From a virus (lineage: Duplodnaviria > Caudoviricetes), in the IMG/VR virus record IMGVR_UViG_3300011717_000032, positions 14,336-78,335 of that record: 64,000 nucleotides of DNA. One strand, written 5' to 3'. The notes beneath the pieces are model-generated. The model was not told the DNA's origin. It did not search any database and saw nothing but the letters and a program-made list of their open reading frames with translations. The position numbers and the translations under genes were made by a program. Every line of letters begins with the position of its first letter. Position 1 is the first letter of the stretch. Positions 47,068-56,413 of this stretch are shown one piece after another.

Positions 47068-48279
47068 ATGTCTGAAGTAAACGATATTCTGAAAAAAGTT
47101 ACTGCCAGCATTGAAGAGGCAACCGGCAAGTTCAACGCCAAAGCAGAAGACGCACTTAAAGAGGCGAAGAAATCCGGCAAGCTGTCAGAAGAAACAAAGG
47201 CAGCCGTTGATAAAATGGCTTCTGAGTTCAACGCCCTGCGCGAAGCAGAAAAAACGCTGAAGGCGGCGATGGGCGAGCTTGAGCAGCACGTTGCACAGAT
47301 GCCGCTGGCAAATGCAAAACAGGTTGTCGAATCAATCGGTCATCAACTGATCTCTGCTGAAGCGCTGAAAAACTTTGCCGCAAGCGTGGATGGTGGTAAG
47401 CGCATCAGTATCCCTGTTAAAGCAGCACTGACCTCAGCGGATGTACCTGATGGTGTCGTCGAACCTCAGCGCATTCCAGGTATCGATACGGCACCAAAAC
47501 AGCGCCTGTTCATCCGTGATCTGATTGCGCCAGGCCGCACTTCCTCTCCGGCAATTTTTTGGGTGCAGCAGACAGGCTTCACCAATAACGCGAAAGTGGT
47601 TCCTGAGAATACCCAGAAACCATATAGCGAGATTGAGTTCACACCAAAAATCACGGGCGTCAGCACCATTGCTCACCTGTTTAAAGCTTCCAAACAGATC
47701 CTTGATGATTTCGCACAACTGCAGTCAACCGTTGATGCCGAAATGCGCTACGGTCTGAAATATGCAGAAGAGCAGGAAATCCTCTTCGGTGACGGCACTG
47801 GTGTTCACCTACACGGCATCGTTCCTCAGGCTTCAGCGTTCGACCCGGCGTTTACCGTTGAACAGCAGAGCGGTATTGACGATCTGCGCCTGGCAATGTT
47901 GCAGGCGCAGCTGGCGCGCTTCCCGGCTTCCGGCCACGTGCTTCACTTCATCGACTGGGCGCGGATCGAACTGACCAAAGACAGCCTGGGTCGTTATATC
48001 CTGGCTAACCCGGCTGCGCTGACTGGACCGACTCTTTGGGGCCTGCCAGTTGTTGCTACGGAAGCGGCAGCCTTCCAGGGTAAATTCCTGACCGGTGCAT
48101 TCAACGCAGGCGCACAAATCTTCGACCGCGAAGATGCCAACGTTGTGATCTCTACTGAGAACGCCGATGACTTCGAGAAAAACATGATCACCATCCGTTG
48201 CGAAGAACGCCTGGCGCTGGCCGTCAAACGTCCAGAAGCATTCGTGTATGGTGCATTCCGTACCGGTTCCGGCAGCTAA
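47068..48279 (+). CDS. Major capsid protein; C-terminus RTGSGS
   Basis: Paralog of 5158-6378. Confidence 0.95.
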   Translation: MSEVNDILKKVTASIEEATGKFNAKAEDALKEAKKSGKLSEETKAAVDKMASEFNALREAEKTLKAAMGELEQHVAQMPLANAKQVVESIGHQLISAEALKNFAASVDGGKRISIPVKAALTSADVPDGVVEPQRIPGIDTAPKQRLFIRDLIAPGRTSSPAIFWVQQTGFTNNAKVVPENTQKPYSEIEFTPKITGVSTIAHLFKASKQILDDFAQLQSTVDAEMRYGLKYAEEQEILFGDGTGVHLHGIVPQASAFDPAFTVEQQSGIDDLRLAMLQAQLARFPASGHVLHFIDWARIELTKDSLGRYILANPAALTGPTLWGLPVVATEAAAFQGKFLTGAFNAGAQIFDREDANVVISTENADDFEKNMITIRCEERLALAVKRPEAFVYGAFRTGSGS

Positions 48280-48320
48280 TAAACATTGCGGCCTTCGGGC
48301 CGCTCATACAGGTGGAAGTG

Positions 48321-48491
48321 ATGAAACTGATCGCACTTAAACCGATTTATTTCGGTGGCGTTGTCGTGTCTGAAGGACATCCGCTGGAGACGCTGGAACA
48401 ACACGGTCGTGAGCTAATTAAAAAAGGCTACGCGAAGACCGACGAAACCGAGAAGCCTGAACCCAAAGCAGATAAGAAGGCGAAAAAGTAA
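48321..48491 (+). CDS. Small head-region protein
   Basis: MKLIALKPIYF, paralog of 6432-6617. Confidence 0.7.
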   Translation: MKLIALKPIYFGGVVVSEGHPLETLEQHGRELIKKGYAKTDETEKPEPKADKKAKK

Positions 48492-48817
48492 TGATCGATC
48501 TTGATGTGGTGAAACAGCACTGCCGCATTGATACCGACTTTACCGGTGATGATGCCCTACTGGAGATATATACGGGGGCAGCGGCGCGGTACGTCCAGAA
48601 ATGGACAAGACGAACGCTTTATGAGACGGAGAGCAGTGCCGGATATAGCGAAGATCCTGATTCGATTCTCCTGACGGAGGATGTAAAAGCCGCCATGCTC
48701 TTGCTGATTGGTCACTGGTATGCAAATCGTGAGGCGGTGAATATCGGCAACATAACCACAGCTGTCCCCTTCGCTGTAGAAGCTCTGTTACAGCCTTATC
48801 GTATTTATGGAGTCTAG
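48491..48817 (+). CDS. Head-tail connector
   Basis: VVKQHCRID, LLLIGHWYANRE, LLQPYR. Confidence 0.88.
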   Translation: MIDLDVVKQHCRIDTDFTGDDALLEIYTGAAARYVQKWTRRTLYETESSAGYSEDPDSILLTEDVKAAMLLLIGHWYANREAVNIGNITTAVPFAVEALLQPYRIYGV

Positions 48818-48825
48818 GAGGATTT

Positions 48826-49164
48826 ATGCAGGCCGGAAGACTCAGGGATATGGTTACTGTTCAGAAGTTTACGACTACGCGAGACACGTCAGGTCAGATG
48901 GTTGAGGCATGGACTAACGGTGCAACGATATGGGCAGAAGTAAAGGGAATCAGTGGTCGCGAGTTAGTTGCTGCTGGGGCTGAAACCTCCCAGGCAACTA
49001 TCAGAGTATGGACCAGATTCCGTCGAGATATAACAGCCGCATCAAGGTTAATAGTTGTTACTGGCCCCTTAAAAGGTGCTGTGCTGAACATTATCGGCCC
49101 ACCCATACCAGACGCCAAAGGCGTACAACTCGAAATTCTCTGCAAGCAGGGATCTGAGAAATGA
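48826..49164 (+). CDS. Head closure protein
   Basis: MQAGRLRDMVTVQ; position. Confidence 0.88.
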   Translation: MQAGRLRDMVTVQKFTTTRDTSGQMVEAWTNGATIWAEVKGISGRELVAAGAETSQATIRVWTRFRRDITAASRLIVVTGPLKGAVLNIIGPPIPDAKGVQLEILCKQGSEK

Positions 49165-49610
49165 TCGGAACGAGCCTTGATTTTTCCGGACTGGCCGACA
49201 TCGCAAAAGACCTTGAGGCGCTCAGTCGCGCTGAAAATAACAAAGTTCTGCGCGATGCCACGCGCGCCGGGGCCGAAGTGCTTAAAGATGAGGTGATCTC
49301 CCGCGCGCCGGTACGCACCGGAAAACTGAAAAAAAATGTGGTTGTGGTGACACAGAAAAGCCGCCGCCGCGGCGAAATTTCTTCTGGTGTGCATATCCGT
49401 GGCATTAACCCTCATACCGGCAACAGCGATAACTCGATGAAGGCGGATAACCCGAGAAATGCCTTTTACTGGCGCTTTGTAGAGCTGGGAACCGCGAATA
49501 TGCCAGCGCATCCATTTGTGCGGCCAGCTTACGATACTCGCGAAGAAGAGGCTGCAAGTGCTGCTATTGCCAGGATGAATCAGGCTATTGATGAGGTGCT
49601 TAGCAAGTGA
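49161..49610 (+). CDS. HK97 gp10-family protein
   Basis: Paralog of 7288-7737. Confidence 0.88.
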   Translation: MIGTSLDFSGLADIAKDLEALSRAENNKVLRDATRAGAEVLKDEVISRAPVRTGKLKKNVVVVTQKSRRRGEISSGVHIRGINPHTGNSDNSMKADNPRNAFYWRFVELGTANMPAHPFVRPAYDTREEEAASAAIARMNQAIDEVLSK

Positions 49611-49954
49611 ATGAAGATGATATCTACGCCTTGCTTTCTCCCCTGGCAGAAGGCCGGGTGTATCCTTACGTCGCGCCATTAAGTAATGACGGTAAACCAT
49701 CTGTCTCCCCACCCTGGATAATCTATTCCATCGTCTCAGATGTTTCTGCAGACGTGCTGTGTGGTCAGGCAGAGAACAGGGTTTCCGTTCAGGTAGATGT
49801 TTATTCCACAACAATCACAGAATCGCGAGATCTTAGAGATTTGGCGCTTGCCTCGCTTAAGCCGCTGAACCCTACAGAGGTGGTAAAAATCCCCGGATAC
49901 GAACCAGATTATCGGCTCTACCGTGCCACCCTGGATTTTAAAGTTACCCCCTGA
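49607..49954 (+). CDS. Tail terminator protein
   Basis: VQVDVYS; paralog of 7734-8063. Confidence 0.8.
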   Translation: MNEDDIYALLSPLAEGRVYPYVAPLSNDGKPSVSPPWIIYSIVSDVSADVLCGQAENRVSVQVDVYSTTITESRDLRDLALASLKPLNPTEVVKIPGYEPDYRLYRATLDFKVTP

Positions 49955-50013
49955 TAAATCATTAACCCAACGAACCCGCTTAATGGCAGGTTTTCTTTTT
50001 CCAGGAGACAGCT

Positions 50014-50457
50014 ATGTCTGCACTTTATGAAAAATCGCAGCTGACGAAGATCCTTATTTCCTCTGCGCCAGCCACCAAAGAAACGATGGACTCCGCAACC
50101 TTCCTCGATTTGAGTTGCACCATCAAAGAGATTCAGTTCACCGGCGGTCAGAAGCAGGATATCGACGTTACAACGCTTTGCTCAACCGAGCAGGAGAACA
50201 TTAACGGACTCCCTTCTCCGTCAGAAATTTCTCTTTCCGGTAATTTCTACAAAAATCCGGCGCAGGACGCATTGCGCGATGCGTATGACAACGATACGAC
50301 CTACGCTTTCCAGGTCATTTTCCCATCCGGCAAAGGATTTAATTTCCTGGCTGAAATCCGCCAGCACACCTGGTCTTCCGGTACCAACGGTGTAGTGGCG
50401 GCAACGTTCTCCCTGCGCCTGAAGGGTAAGCCTGAAAACATCGAATCTGGTTCCTGA
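50014..50457 (+). CDS. Major tail tube protein without Ig domain; C-terminus NIESGS
   Basis: Paralog of the N-terminal part of 8124-8828. Confidence 0.9.
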   Translation: MSALYEKSQLTKILISSAPATKETMDSATFLDLSCTIKEIQFTGGQKQDIDVTTLCSTEQENINGLPSPSEISLSGNFYKNPAQDALRDAYDNDTTYAFQVIFPSGKGFNFLAEIRQHTWSSGTNGVVAATFSLRLKGKPENIESGS

Positions 50458-50465
50458 GAGGTTGC

Positions 50466-50849
50466 ATGAAAAATATTAAAAACCTCGCCCTGGCAAAGAT
50501 GTCGGGCTTTCGTCATAAGACGGTCGCCGTTCCTGAGTGGGAAGGCGTCAAAGTGGTTCTCCGTGAGCCGTCTGGTGAAGCCTGGCTGCGCTGGCAGGAA
50601 GTGGTGAAAGCAGGTGCTGACGATGAAAATGTGTCGGTATCTGAAAAAGCGCATCGCAACCTTTGCGCTGACGTGGTTCTTTTCATTGACGTTCTGTGCG
50701 ACACCGATAAGCAACCGGTATTCAGCGTCGACGAAGAAGAGCGGGTCCGTGAAATTTACGGCCCCGTGCATTCACGCCTGCTTAAACAGGCGCTTGACCT
50801 GATCAATAACGCGGAAGAAGCGCGGGAAAAGTCTCAACCCCCGGCGTAA
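50466..50849 (+). CDS. Tail assembly chaperone (gpG-like)
   Basis: Near-identical to 8863-9249; GGGAAAAG at 50824-50831. Confidence 0.88.
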   Translation: MKNIKNLALAKMSGFRHKTVAVPEWEGVKVVLREPSGEAWLRWQEVVKAGADDENVSVSEKAHRNLCADVVLFIDVLCDTDKQPVFSVDEEERVREIYGPVHSRLLKQALDLINNAEEAREKSQPPA

Positions 50850-50857
50850 AGTTTCTG

Positions 50858-51136
50858 ATGTCGCTTGCGCTCCGCATGGGGCGCACGCTCTCAGAGCTTC
50901 GGCAGAGCATGGCAGCAAGCGAACTTCTGATGTGGATTGAGTTCGACAGGCAGAGCCCTGTTGGCGATATTCGTGGTGATATTCAGGCCGCACAGATAGT
51001 CTCTGCCGTTTACGCTTCTCAGGGGGTAAAGGTGCCTCTGGAAGATGCAATCCTGCGCTGGGATGGTGGCGAGCAATCAGCACCTGAAGACCCCTTTGCT
51101 GGTCTTGAAGAGGCGCTTACTGCTGCGACTCAGTGA
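50858..51136 (+). CDS. Tail assembly chaperone gpT-like part
   Basis: -1 frame relative to gpG. Confidence 0.8.
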   Translation: MSLALRMGRTLSELRQSMAASELLMWIEFDRQSPVGDIRGDIQAAQIVSAVYASQGVKVPLEDAILRWDGGEQSAPEDPFAGLEEALTAATQ

Positions 51137-51191
51137 CTTTTAACCCAGAAAATATTAGGATTCTTCAACTAAAAATTCTGGGGTACAAAAA

Positions 51192-51527
51192 ATGGAAATA
51201 TTGCTAGTTTCGATTGTTATTGGATTAATTCCAGCCTTAATTGCGCAAAGTAAAGGCCGTTCTTTCTTCGCTTGGTGGGTGTATGGAGCGCTCCTTTTTA
51301 TTATTGCGTTTGTGCATTCTCTGGTTATAAAAAAGGATGTTGTTGCAGAAGAAAAAGATCTTATTGAAAACGAGGGTATGAAGAAATGTCCATTCTGCGC
51401 AGAGTTAATCAAAAGCGAAGCCATTAAATGTAAACACTGTGGTAGTGATTTGGCTGCCTCTTCACCACCGGCTAAGACAGATGAAGAATACCTCGAAGAG
51501 GCCAGGCAGAAGGTCTGGAAAAAATAA
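51192..51527 (+). CDS. Moron: membrane protein with zinc ribbon
   Basis: Near-identical to 9591-9923. Confidence 0.85.
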   Translation: MEILLVSIVIGLIPALIAQSKGRSFFAWWVYGALLFIIAFVHSLVIKKDVVAEEKDLIENEGMKKCPFCAELIKSEAIKCKHCGSDLAASSPPAKTDEEYLEEARQKVWKK

Positions 51528-51573
51528 CAACAAAACCGCTTCGGCGGTTTTTTTACGTCTGGAGTTAGACTAA

Positions 51574-54500
51574 ATGGCAACTTTACGTGAGTTAATAATC
51601 AAAATTTCCGCTAACTCGCAATCATTCCAGACGGAAATTTCTCGCGCCTCGCGCATGGGGCAGGACTATTACCGCACCATGGAAAATGGCGGTCGACAAT
51701 CCGCAGCCGCAGCGCGCGAAAGCGAAAGAGCATTATCCGACCTAACTGATGGATTTGCATCGGCAGGAAGGGCCGCCGCCGCCGCTACGGCAGCTTTTGC
51801 AACTGGTAAGCTTGTGCAGATTGCCGACGAATGGAATTCTGTAAATGCGCGCCTTAAACAGGCATCATCTTCTGCTGATGATTTTGCAGTCTCTCAGCGT
51901 CAGTTAATGGAAATTAGCCAGCGAACCGGCACGGCATTTTCCGATAACGCAAACCTTTTTTCACGTGCAGCAGCTTCAATGCGCGAATACGGGTATAGCT
52001 CTGATGAAGTTCTGAAAATTACCGAGGCTGTTTCAACCGGACTCAAACTTTCAGGAGCAAACACCCAGGAAGCAAGTTCTGTTATCACACAATTCAGCCA
52101 GTCGCTTGCGCAAGGCGTTCTTCGCGGAGAAGAATTTAACGCCGTTAACGAAGCAGGTGATCGCGTGATACGCGCACTTGCCGCAGGAATGGGCGTGGCT
52201 CGCAAAGACCTGAAAAGTATGGCTGATCAGGGTCAGCTAACTATTGATAAGGTTGTTCCTGCACTTATGAGCCAGTTGGGCTCATTGCAGGGTGAGTTTG
52301 CAAACATGCCGCAAACCGTGTCCGGTTCACTGCAAAAAGTTACCAACTCATTCATGGCCTGGGTTGGTGGTGTCAACCAGGCCACTGGTGCTACCGATGC
52401 GCTGTCTGGCGGATTGGATAGCGTCGCACAGACGCTAGACTCTTTTACTTCCTCAGCGGTAAGTGGTGCTTTGAGTGACGTCGCTGACAATATGTCAACA
52501 ATCACAACAGTTGCTGGTGCGCTTGTTGGTGTTGGTCTGGCAAGATATCTCAGTGGAGTGGCAACCAGTGCTACGAGTGCAACAGGCGCACTGATTTCTG
52601 CTGCCAAATCAGAAGTTGCTCTTGCTGTTGCACAGGATAAAGCGGCTCAGTCTGCTGTTGCCGCCTCAAGAGCTGAAGTTTATCGGGCCCAGCAAGCTGT
52701 TCAGCGTTCCCGCAGTTCAGAGGTTCAGGCTGCTCAACAAGAGAAAATCGCCGCAGCGGAAGCAAAAGTCACTGCAACCCAGACTAGGCTGACTACCGCG
52801 CTTGCCAGTGGTACTGCCGCAGAAAAAGTCAGAGCCAGAACGGCTCTTGAGCGTGCGCAGGCAGGCCTGGTAGCAGCCAAAAATTCCGATGCTCAGACTA
52901 TCGCCGAAAGACGTTTGGCTGCTGCTGAGGCTGCAAGAGACCGGAATCTTGCAAATCGTGTCACCACCCAAAGCAATCTCAACAGTGTCACATCTGTGGG
53001 TACCCGCCTTTTAAACGGTGCTCTTGGACTCATTGGCGGCGTTCCGGGATTGGTGATGCTTGGAGCCGGCGCATGGTATGCGGTGTATCAAAATCAGGAG
53101 CAGGCTCGGCGCTCTGCTCAGGAATATGCCAGCACGATAGATGAAGTTAGTAAAAAGACGAGGGCAATGACCCTTCCTGAAGCTTCAGATAATGCAGAGA
53201 AAACCCGTGCCGCTCTGAATGAACAGAACAGGCTAATTGATGAACAAAAGAGCAAGGTTGAAAGCCTTAAAGAGCAGATAGCTGGTTATCAGTCAGTTAT
53301 CAGTAACCCTGGTCCGACTACCAGCGGTGGTTTCATGATTAACCACCTGACATCTTTGGACACTGTGACTCGTGGGCTGGCTACGGCTACAGAGCAGTTA
53401 TCTGTTGAGCAAGAAAGACTTGCTCAGATGCAGCAAGAATCCGCTTCTATTCAACAGGTTCTGGAAGGGCTTGAACATCGCCGGGTTGCACTCATTCGAG
53501 AAGAGGCTGCTAATCAAAACCGGGCTTATCAATCTCTCCTGTTGATGAATGGGCAGCATGACGAATTTAACCGTTTGCTGGGGCTGGGCAACCAACTTCT
53601 CATGGCCCGTCAGGGGCTGGCTAACGTTCCGCTAAGGCTGCCTCAGGCCGATCTCGATAAAAAGCAAACCGATGCACTTGAAAAGAGCCGTAGGGATTTG
53701 GAGTTATCACGCCTTAAGGGTGAAGAAAAGGAGCGCTTACGGCTCAGTTATGCCGCCGACGATCTGGGATTAACCAGTGACCCACAATTCCAGACAGGCC
53801 GTCAGGAGTTGATTAATAACGGTCTGCTGGAATGGCGAAATAATGAGGCCAACAAACCCCAGAAAAAGACGCCAAAATCTGATGAGCAAAAGACATCGGA
53901 GAAACTTGAAGAGTCTTACAAGCGCCTCATCAGCCAGCAGCAGGAACAGCTCGCGCTTGCTGGCCAGAGTACGGAGCTCGCTAAAACCAAATATCAGGTA
54001 ATCCAGGGTGAACTGGGGGCTTTGTCTGAAACTCAGAAGACAGAGCTTCTGCGCAACTCCGCCGCGCTTGATCATCTTAATGCTGTCGAACGCCTTAAAT
54101 CCCTGAATCAAGAACTGCTGAAACCCGAGGAGGCGCTTCTAAAGACCACTCGCGAGCGCATTAAATTGTTACGCGAAGCAGCACCTGCGACAGAACAATA
54201 TCGCGAAACGATGGAGCGCATATCGAAAGCTTCGGTTCAGGACGCCCCGAAATTTGGCGGTATCGATTCATCCGTCGGCGGTGCCAGCGGCGAACTTGTT
54301 CGAGTCGCTGATGCGCAAAAAGAACTGGAAAAGTGGTACGAAACACAGCTTGAAATGCAGAAGGAGTTGCTCGATCAGAAGGAGATTAACGAGCAAACCT
54401 ATGCGGATCGTGTTGCTGAAATCAATAAGACGAATGCTTCGCAATTAGAGGACATTCAGGCGGGATATACATCTGCCAGTCTGGCCATGTTCTCTGATCT

Positions 54501-55068
54501 TGCAGGGCAGTCGGCGCAGCTGCTGCAGGGTATCGGACAGGAAGGTAGTCTTGCCTATAAGACACTGTTTATTGCCAGTAAGGCGGCAGCAATGGCGCAG
54601 GCAGTGATCAACACTGAACTTGCAGCAACCAAGGCTATGGCGGAAGGTGGGCTCATTATGGGGATCCCTGCGGCGACAGCAATCCGCGCCGTTGGTTATG
54701 CATCAGTGGCATTGATAGCCGGTCAGTCACTCGCTGGGATGGCGCACGATGGAATTGACCGGGTTCCAGAAACAGGAACCTGGCTGCTGCAAAAAGGAGA
54801 GCGAGTGGTTACAGCCAGCACTTCGGCCAAGCTAGATGCAACCCTTGAGAGGGTGCAACAGTCACGGCAGGCCAACGCCGGTGGCACTTTCAACATTCAG
54901 AACTCATTTACCGGAAAACCTGATGATGCAACGCTTGAGGCAATCGACCAGCGAAACCGTCAACTGGTGGTTTCGATTCGCAAAGAAATGGCCGCTCAGG
55001 TTGTTAAACCCGACAATGATTTCGGCAGGGCCCTGCGGTCCGTTTACCCGAACCGGAGAGGAGGATAA
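51574..55068 (+). CDS. Tape measure protein
   Basis: 1164 aa; paralog of 9974-13429. Confidence 0.95.
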   Translation: MATLRELIIKISANSQSFQTEISRASRMGQDYYRTMENGGRQSAAAARESERALSDLTDGFASAGRAAAAATAAFATGKLVQIADEWNSVNARLKQASSSADDFAVSQRQLMEISQRTGTAFSDNANLFSRAAASMREYGYSSDEVLKITEAVSTGLKLSGANTQEASSVITQFSQSLAQGVLRGEEFNAVNEAGDRVIRALAAGMGVARKDLKSMADQGQLTIDKVVPALMSQLGSLQGEFANMPQTVSGSLQKVTNSFMAWVGGVNQATGATDALSGGLDSVAQTLDSFTSSAVSGALSDVADNMSTITTVAGALVGVGLARYLSGVATSATSATGALISAAKSEVALAVAQDKAAQSAVAASRAEVYRAQQAVQRSRSSEVQAAQQEKIAAAEAKVTATQTRLTTALASGTAAEKVRARTALERAQAGLVAAKNSDAQTIAERRLAAAEAARDRNLANRVTTQSNLNSVTSVGTRLLNGALGLIGGVPGLVMLGAGAWYAVYQNQEQARRSAQEYASTIDEVSKKTRAMTLPEASDNAEKTRAALNEQNRLIDEQKSKVESLKEQIAGYQSVISNPGPTTSGGFMINHLTSLDTVTRGLATATEQLSVEQERLAQMQQESASIQQVLEGLEHRRVALIREEAANQNRAYQSLLLMNGQHDEFNRLLGLGNQLLMARQGLANVPLRLPQADLDKKQTDALEKSRRDLELSRLKGEEKERLRLSYAADDLGLTSDPQFQTGRQELINNGLLEWRNNEANKPQKKTPKSDEQKTSEKLEESYKRLISQQQEQLALAGQSTELAKTKYQVIQGELGALSETQKTELLRNSAALDHLNAVERLKSLNQELLKPEEALLKTTRERIKLLREAAPATEQYRETMERISKASVQDAPKFGGIDSSVGGASGELVRVADAQKELEKWYETQLEMQKELLDQKEINEQTYADRVAEINKTNASQLEDIQAGYTSASLAMFSDLAGQSAQLLQGIGQEGSLAYKTLFIASKAAAMAQAVINTELAATKAMAEGGLIMGIPAATAIRAVGYASVALIAGQSLAGMAHDGIDRVPETGTWLLQKGERVVTASTSAKLDATLERVQQSRQANAGGTFNIQNSFTGKPDDATLEAIDQRNRQLVVSIRKEMAAQVVKPDNDFGRALRSVYPNRRGG

Positions 55069-55538
55069 TGGCTGATTTAGCGACTTACCCACATGGTTAT
55101 CTTCCGATGCCACTCCAGGACGGATATGGATTTAAGCCTGTCAGTCCACTCCAGAGAACGGCAACAACATCAGGTCGTGCGCGGCAGCGTAGGAAATATA
55201 CGTCAACGCCGACGATTGCTACTGTGAACTGGATTTTTCCAAAGCATAACCAGGCTCAGCTATTTGAATCATGGTACCGGGATGTGCTCACCGATGGTGC
55301 TGCGTGGTTTTTGATGAAGTTGCAAACACCACTCGGTTGCCAGCAAACCTATAAATGCCGGTTCACTGATATCTATGAAGGCCCAACGTTAGTTTCACCG
55401 AAATACTGGCGCTACAGCGCTCAACTTGAATTATGGGAACGACCGCTGCTGCCGCCTGGCTGGGGGGTCTTCCCTGAGTTGGTGTCCGGGTCTGACATAA
55501 TCGATATTGCACTGAATAAGGAGTGGCCTGAAGCATGA
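55068..55538 (+). CDS. Distal tail protein
   Basis: Paralog of 13434-13901. Confidence 0.8.
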   Translation: MADLATYPHGYLPMPLQDGYGFKPVSPLQRTATTSGRARQRRKYTSTPTIATVNWIFPKHNQAQLFESWYRDVLTDGAAWFLMKLQTPLGCQQTYKCRFTDIYEGPTLVSPKYWRYSAQLELWERPLLPPGWGVFPELVSGSDIIDIALNKEWPEA

Positions 55539-56023
55539 CCAGCCAAGCACTGAACCGGCTTTATGCGTCTGGTGGTGATGAAGTTATTTTGGACACGCTA
55601 CAGATTAACGTTGGTGGCCAGAGCTACTGGCTGACCCGCGGCTGGGACGATATTACTGTTACGCTTGAATCAGGGGTTAAGGCAACTTTCACTGGTTCGG
55701 CAATTGACGTGGCGCTGCCGGCGAGAAACGCGGACGGAACGCAGGATTTAAAATTCGCCATCAGTAATATTGATGGTGTTGTGTCCACAGCGATCCGTGA
55801 TGCGCTCGATAACCTCAGCAATGCATCTCTGACCTTTCGACGTTATGTTTCCTCAGATTTGTCAGCTCCAGCTTCACCCCCATTCACCCTGACGATCAAA
55901 GAAGGTTCGTGGACCGCAACGGAGGTGCAAATTACAGCCGGCTACATGAACATTCTCGACACACTGTGGCCACGCTATCGTTACACGCTGCCACTGTTCC
56001 CCGGATTACGTTATTTGCAGTAG
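55535..56023 (+). CDS. Tail tip protein (DUF1833-like)
   Basis: Paralog of 13898-14386. Confidence 0.8.
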   Translation: MTSQALNRLYASGGDEVILDTLQINVGGQSYWLTRGWDDITVTLESGVKATFTGSAIDVALPARNADGTQDLKFAISNIDGVVSTAIRDALDNLSNASLTFRRYVSSDLSAPASPPFTLTIKEGSWTATEVQITAGYMNILDTLWPRYRYTLPLFPGLRYLQ

Positions 56024-56032
56024 GAAATCATC

Positions 56033-56413
56033 ATGTTCAATCCTGATAAATACCGTTCTGTCGAGTGGCAGAAGGGCGGACGCGCTTACCCCGCGTTGGA
56101 CTGCTTTGGCATCGTCAACGAAATCAGGCGCGATCTTGGCCTGGCACCGTGGCCTGATTTCGCTGGAGTCACGAAGGATGATAACGGCCTCGACCGGGAG
56201 GCGCGGGGGCTGATGGCTGGCCTGACGCGATGTGAACCGGCCCCGGGCGCGGGTATCGCCTGTTATTCAGGCTCTGTGGTGACACACGTTGCCATCGTGG
56301 TCGAGATTGACGGCCAGCTGCGCGCCGCAGAGTGCAATCCCCGCACTAACGTAACCTTTCTGCCGCTGGCGCGGTTTGTGCGCCGCTTTGTCCGCGTGGA
56401 GTATTACCAGTGA
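56033..56413 (+). CDS. NlpC/P60-like tail assembly protein
   Basis: LDCFGIV, HVAIV. Confidence 0.8.
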   Translation: MFNPDKYRSVEWQKGGRAYPALDCFGIVNEIRRDLGLAPWPDFAGVTKDDNGLDREARGLMAGLTRCEPAPGAGIACYSGSVVTHVAIVVEIDGQLRAAECNPRTNVTFLPLARFVRRFVRVEYYQ

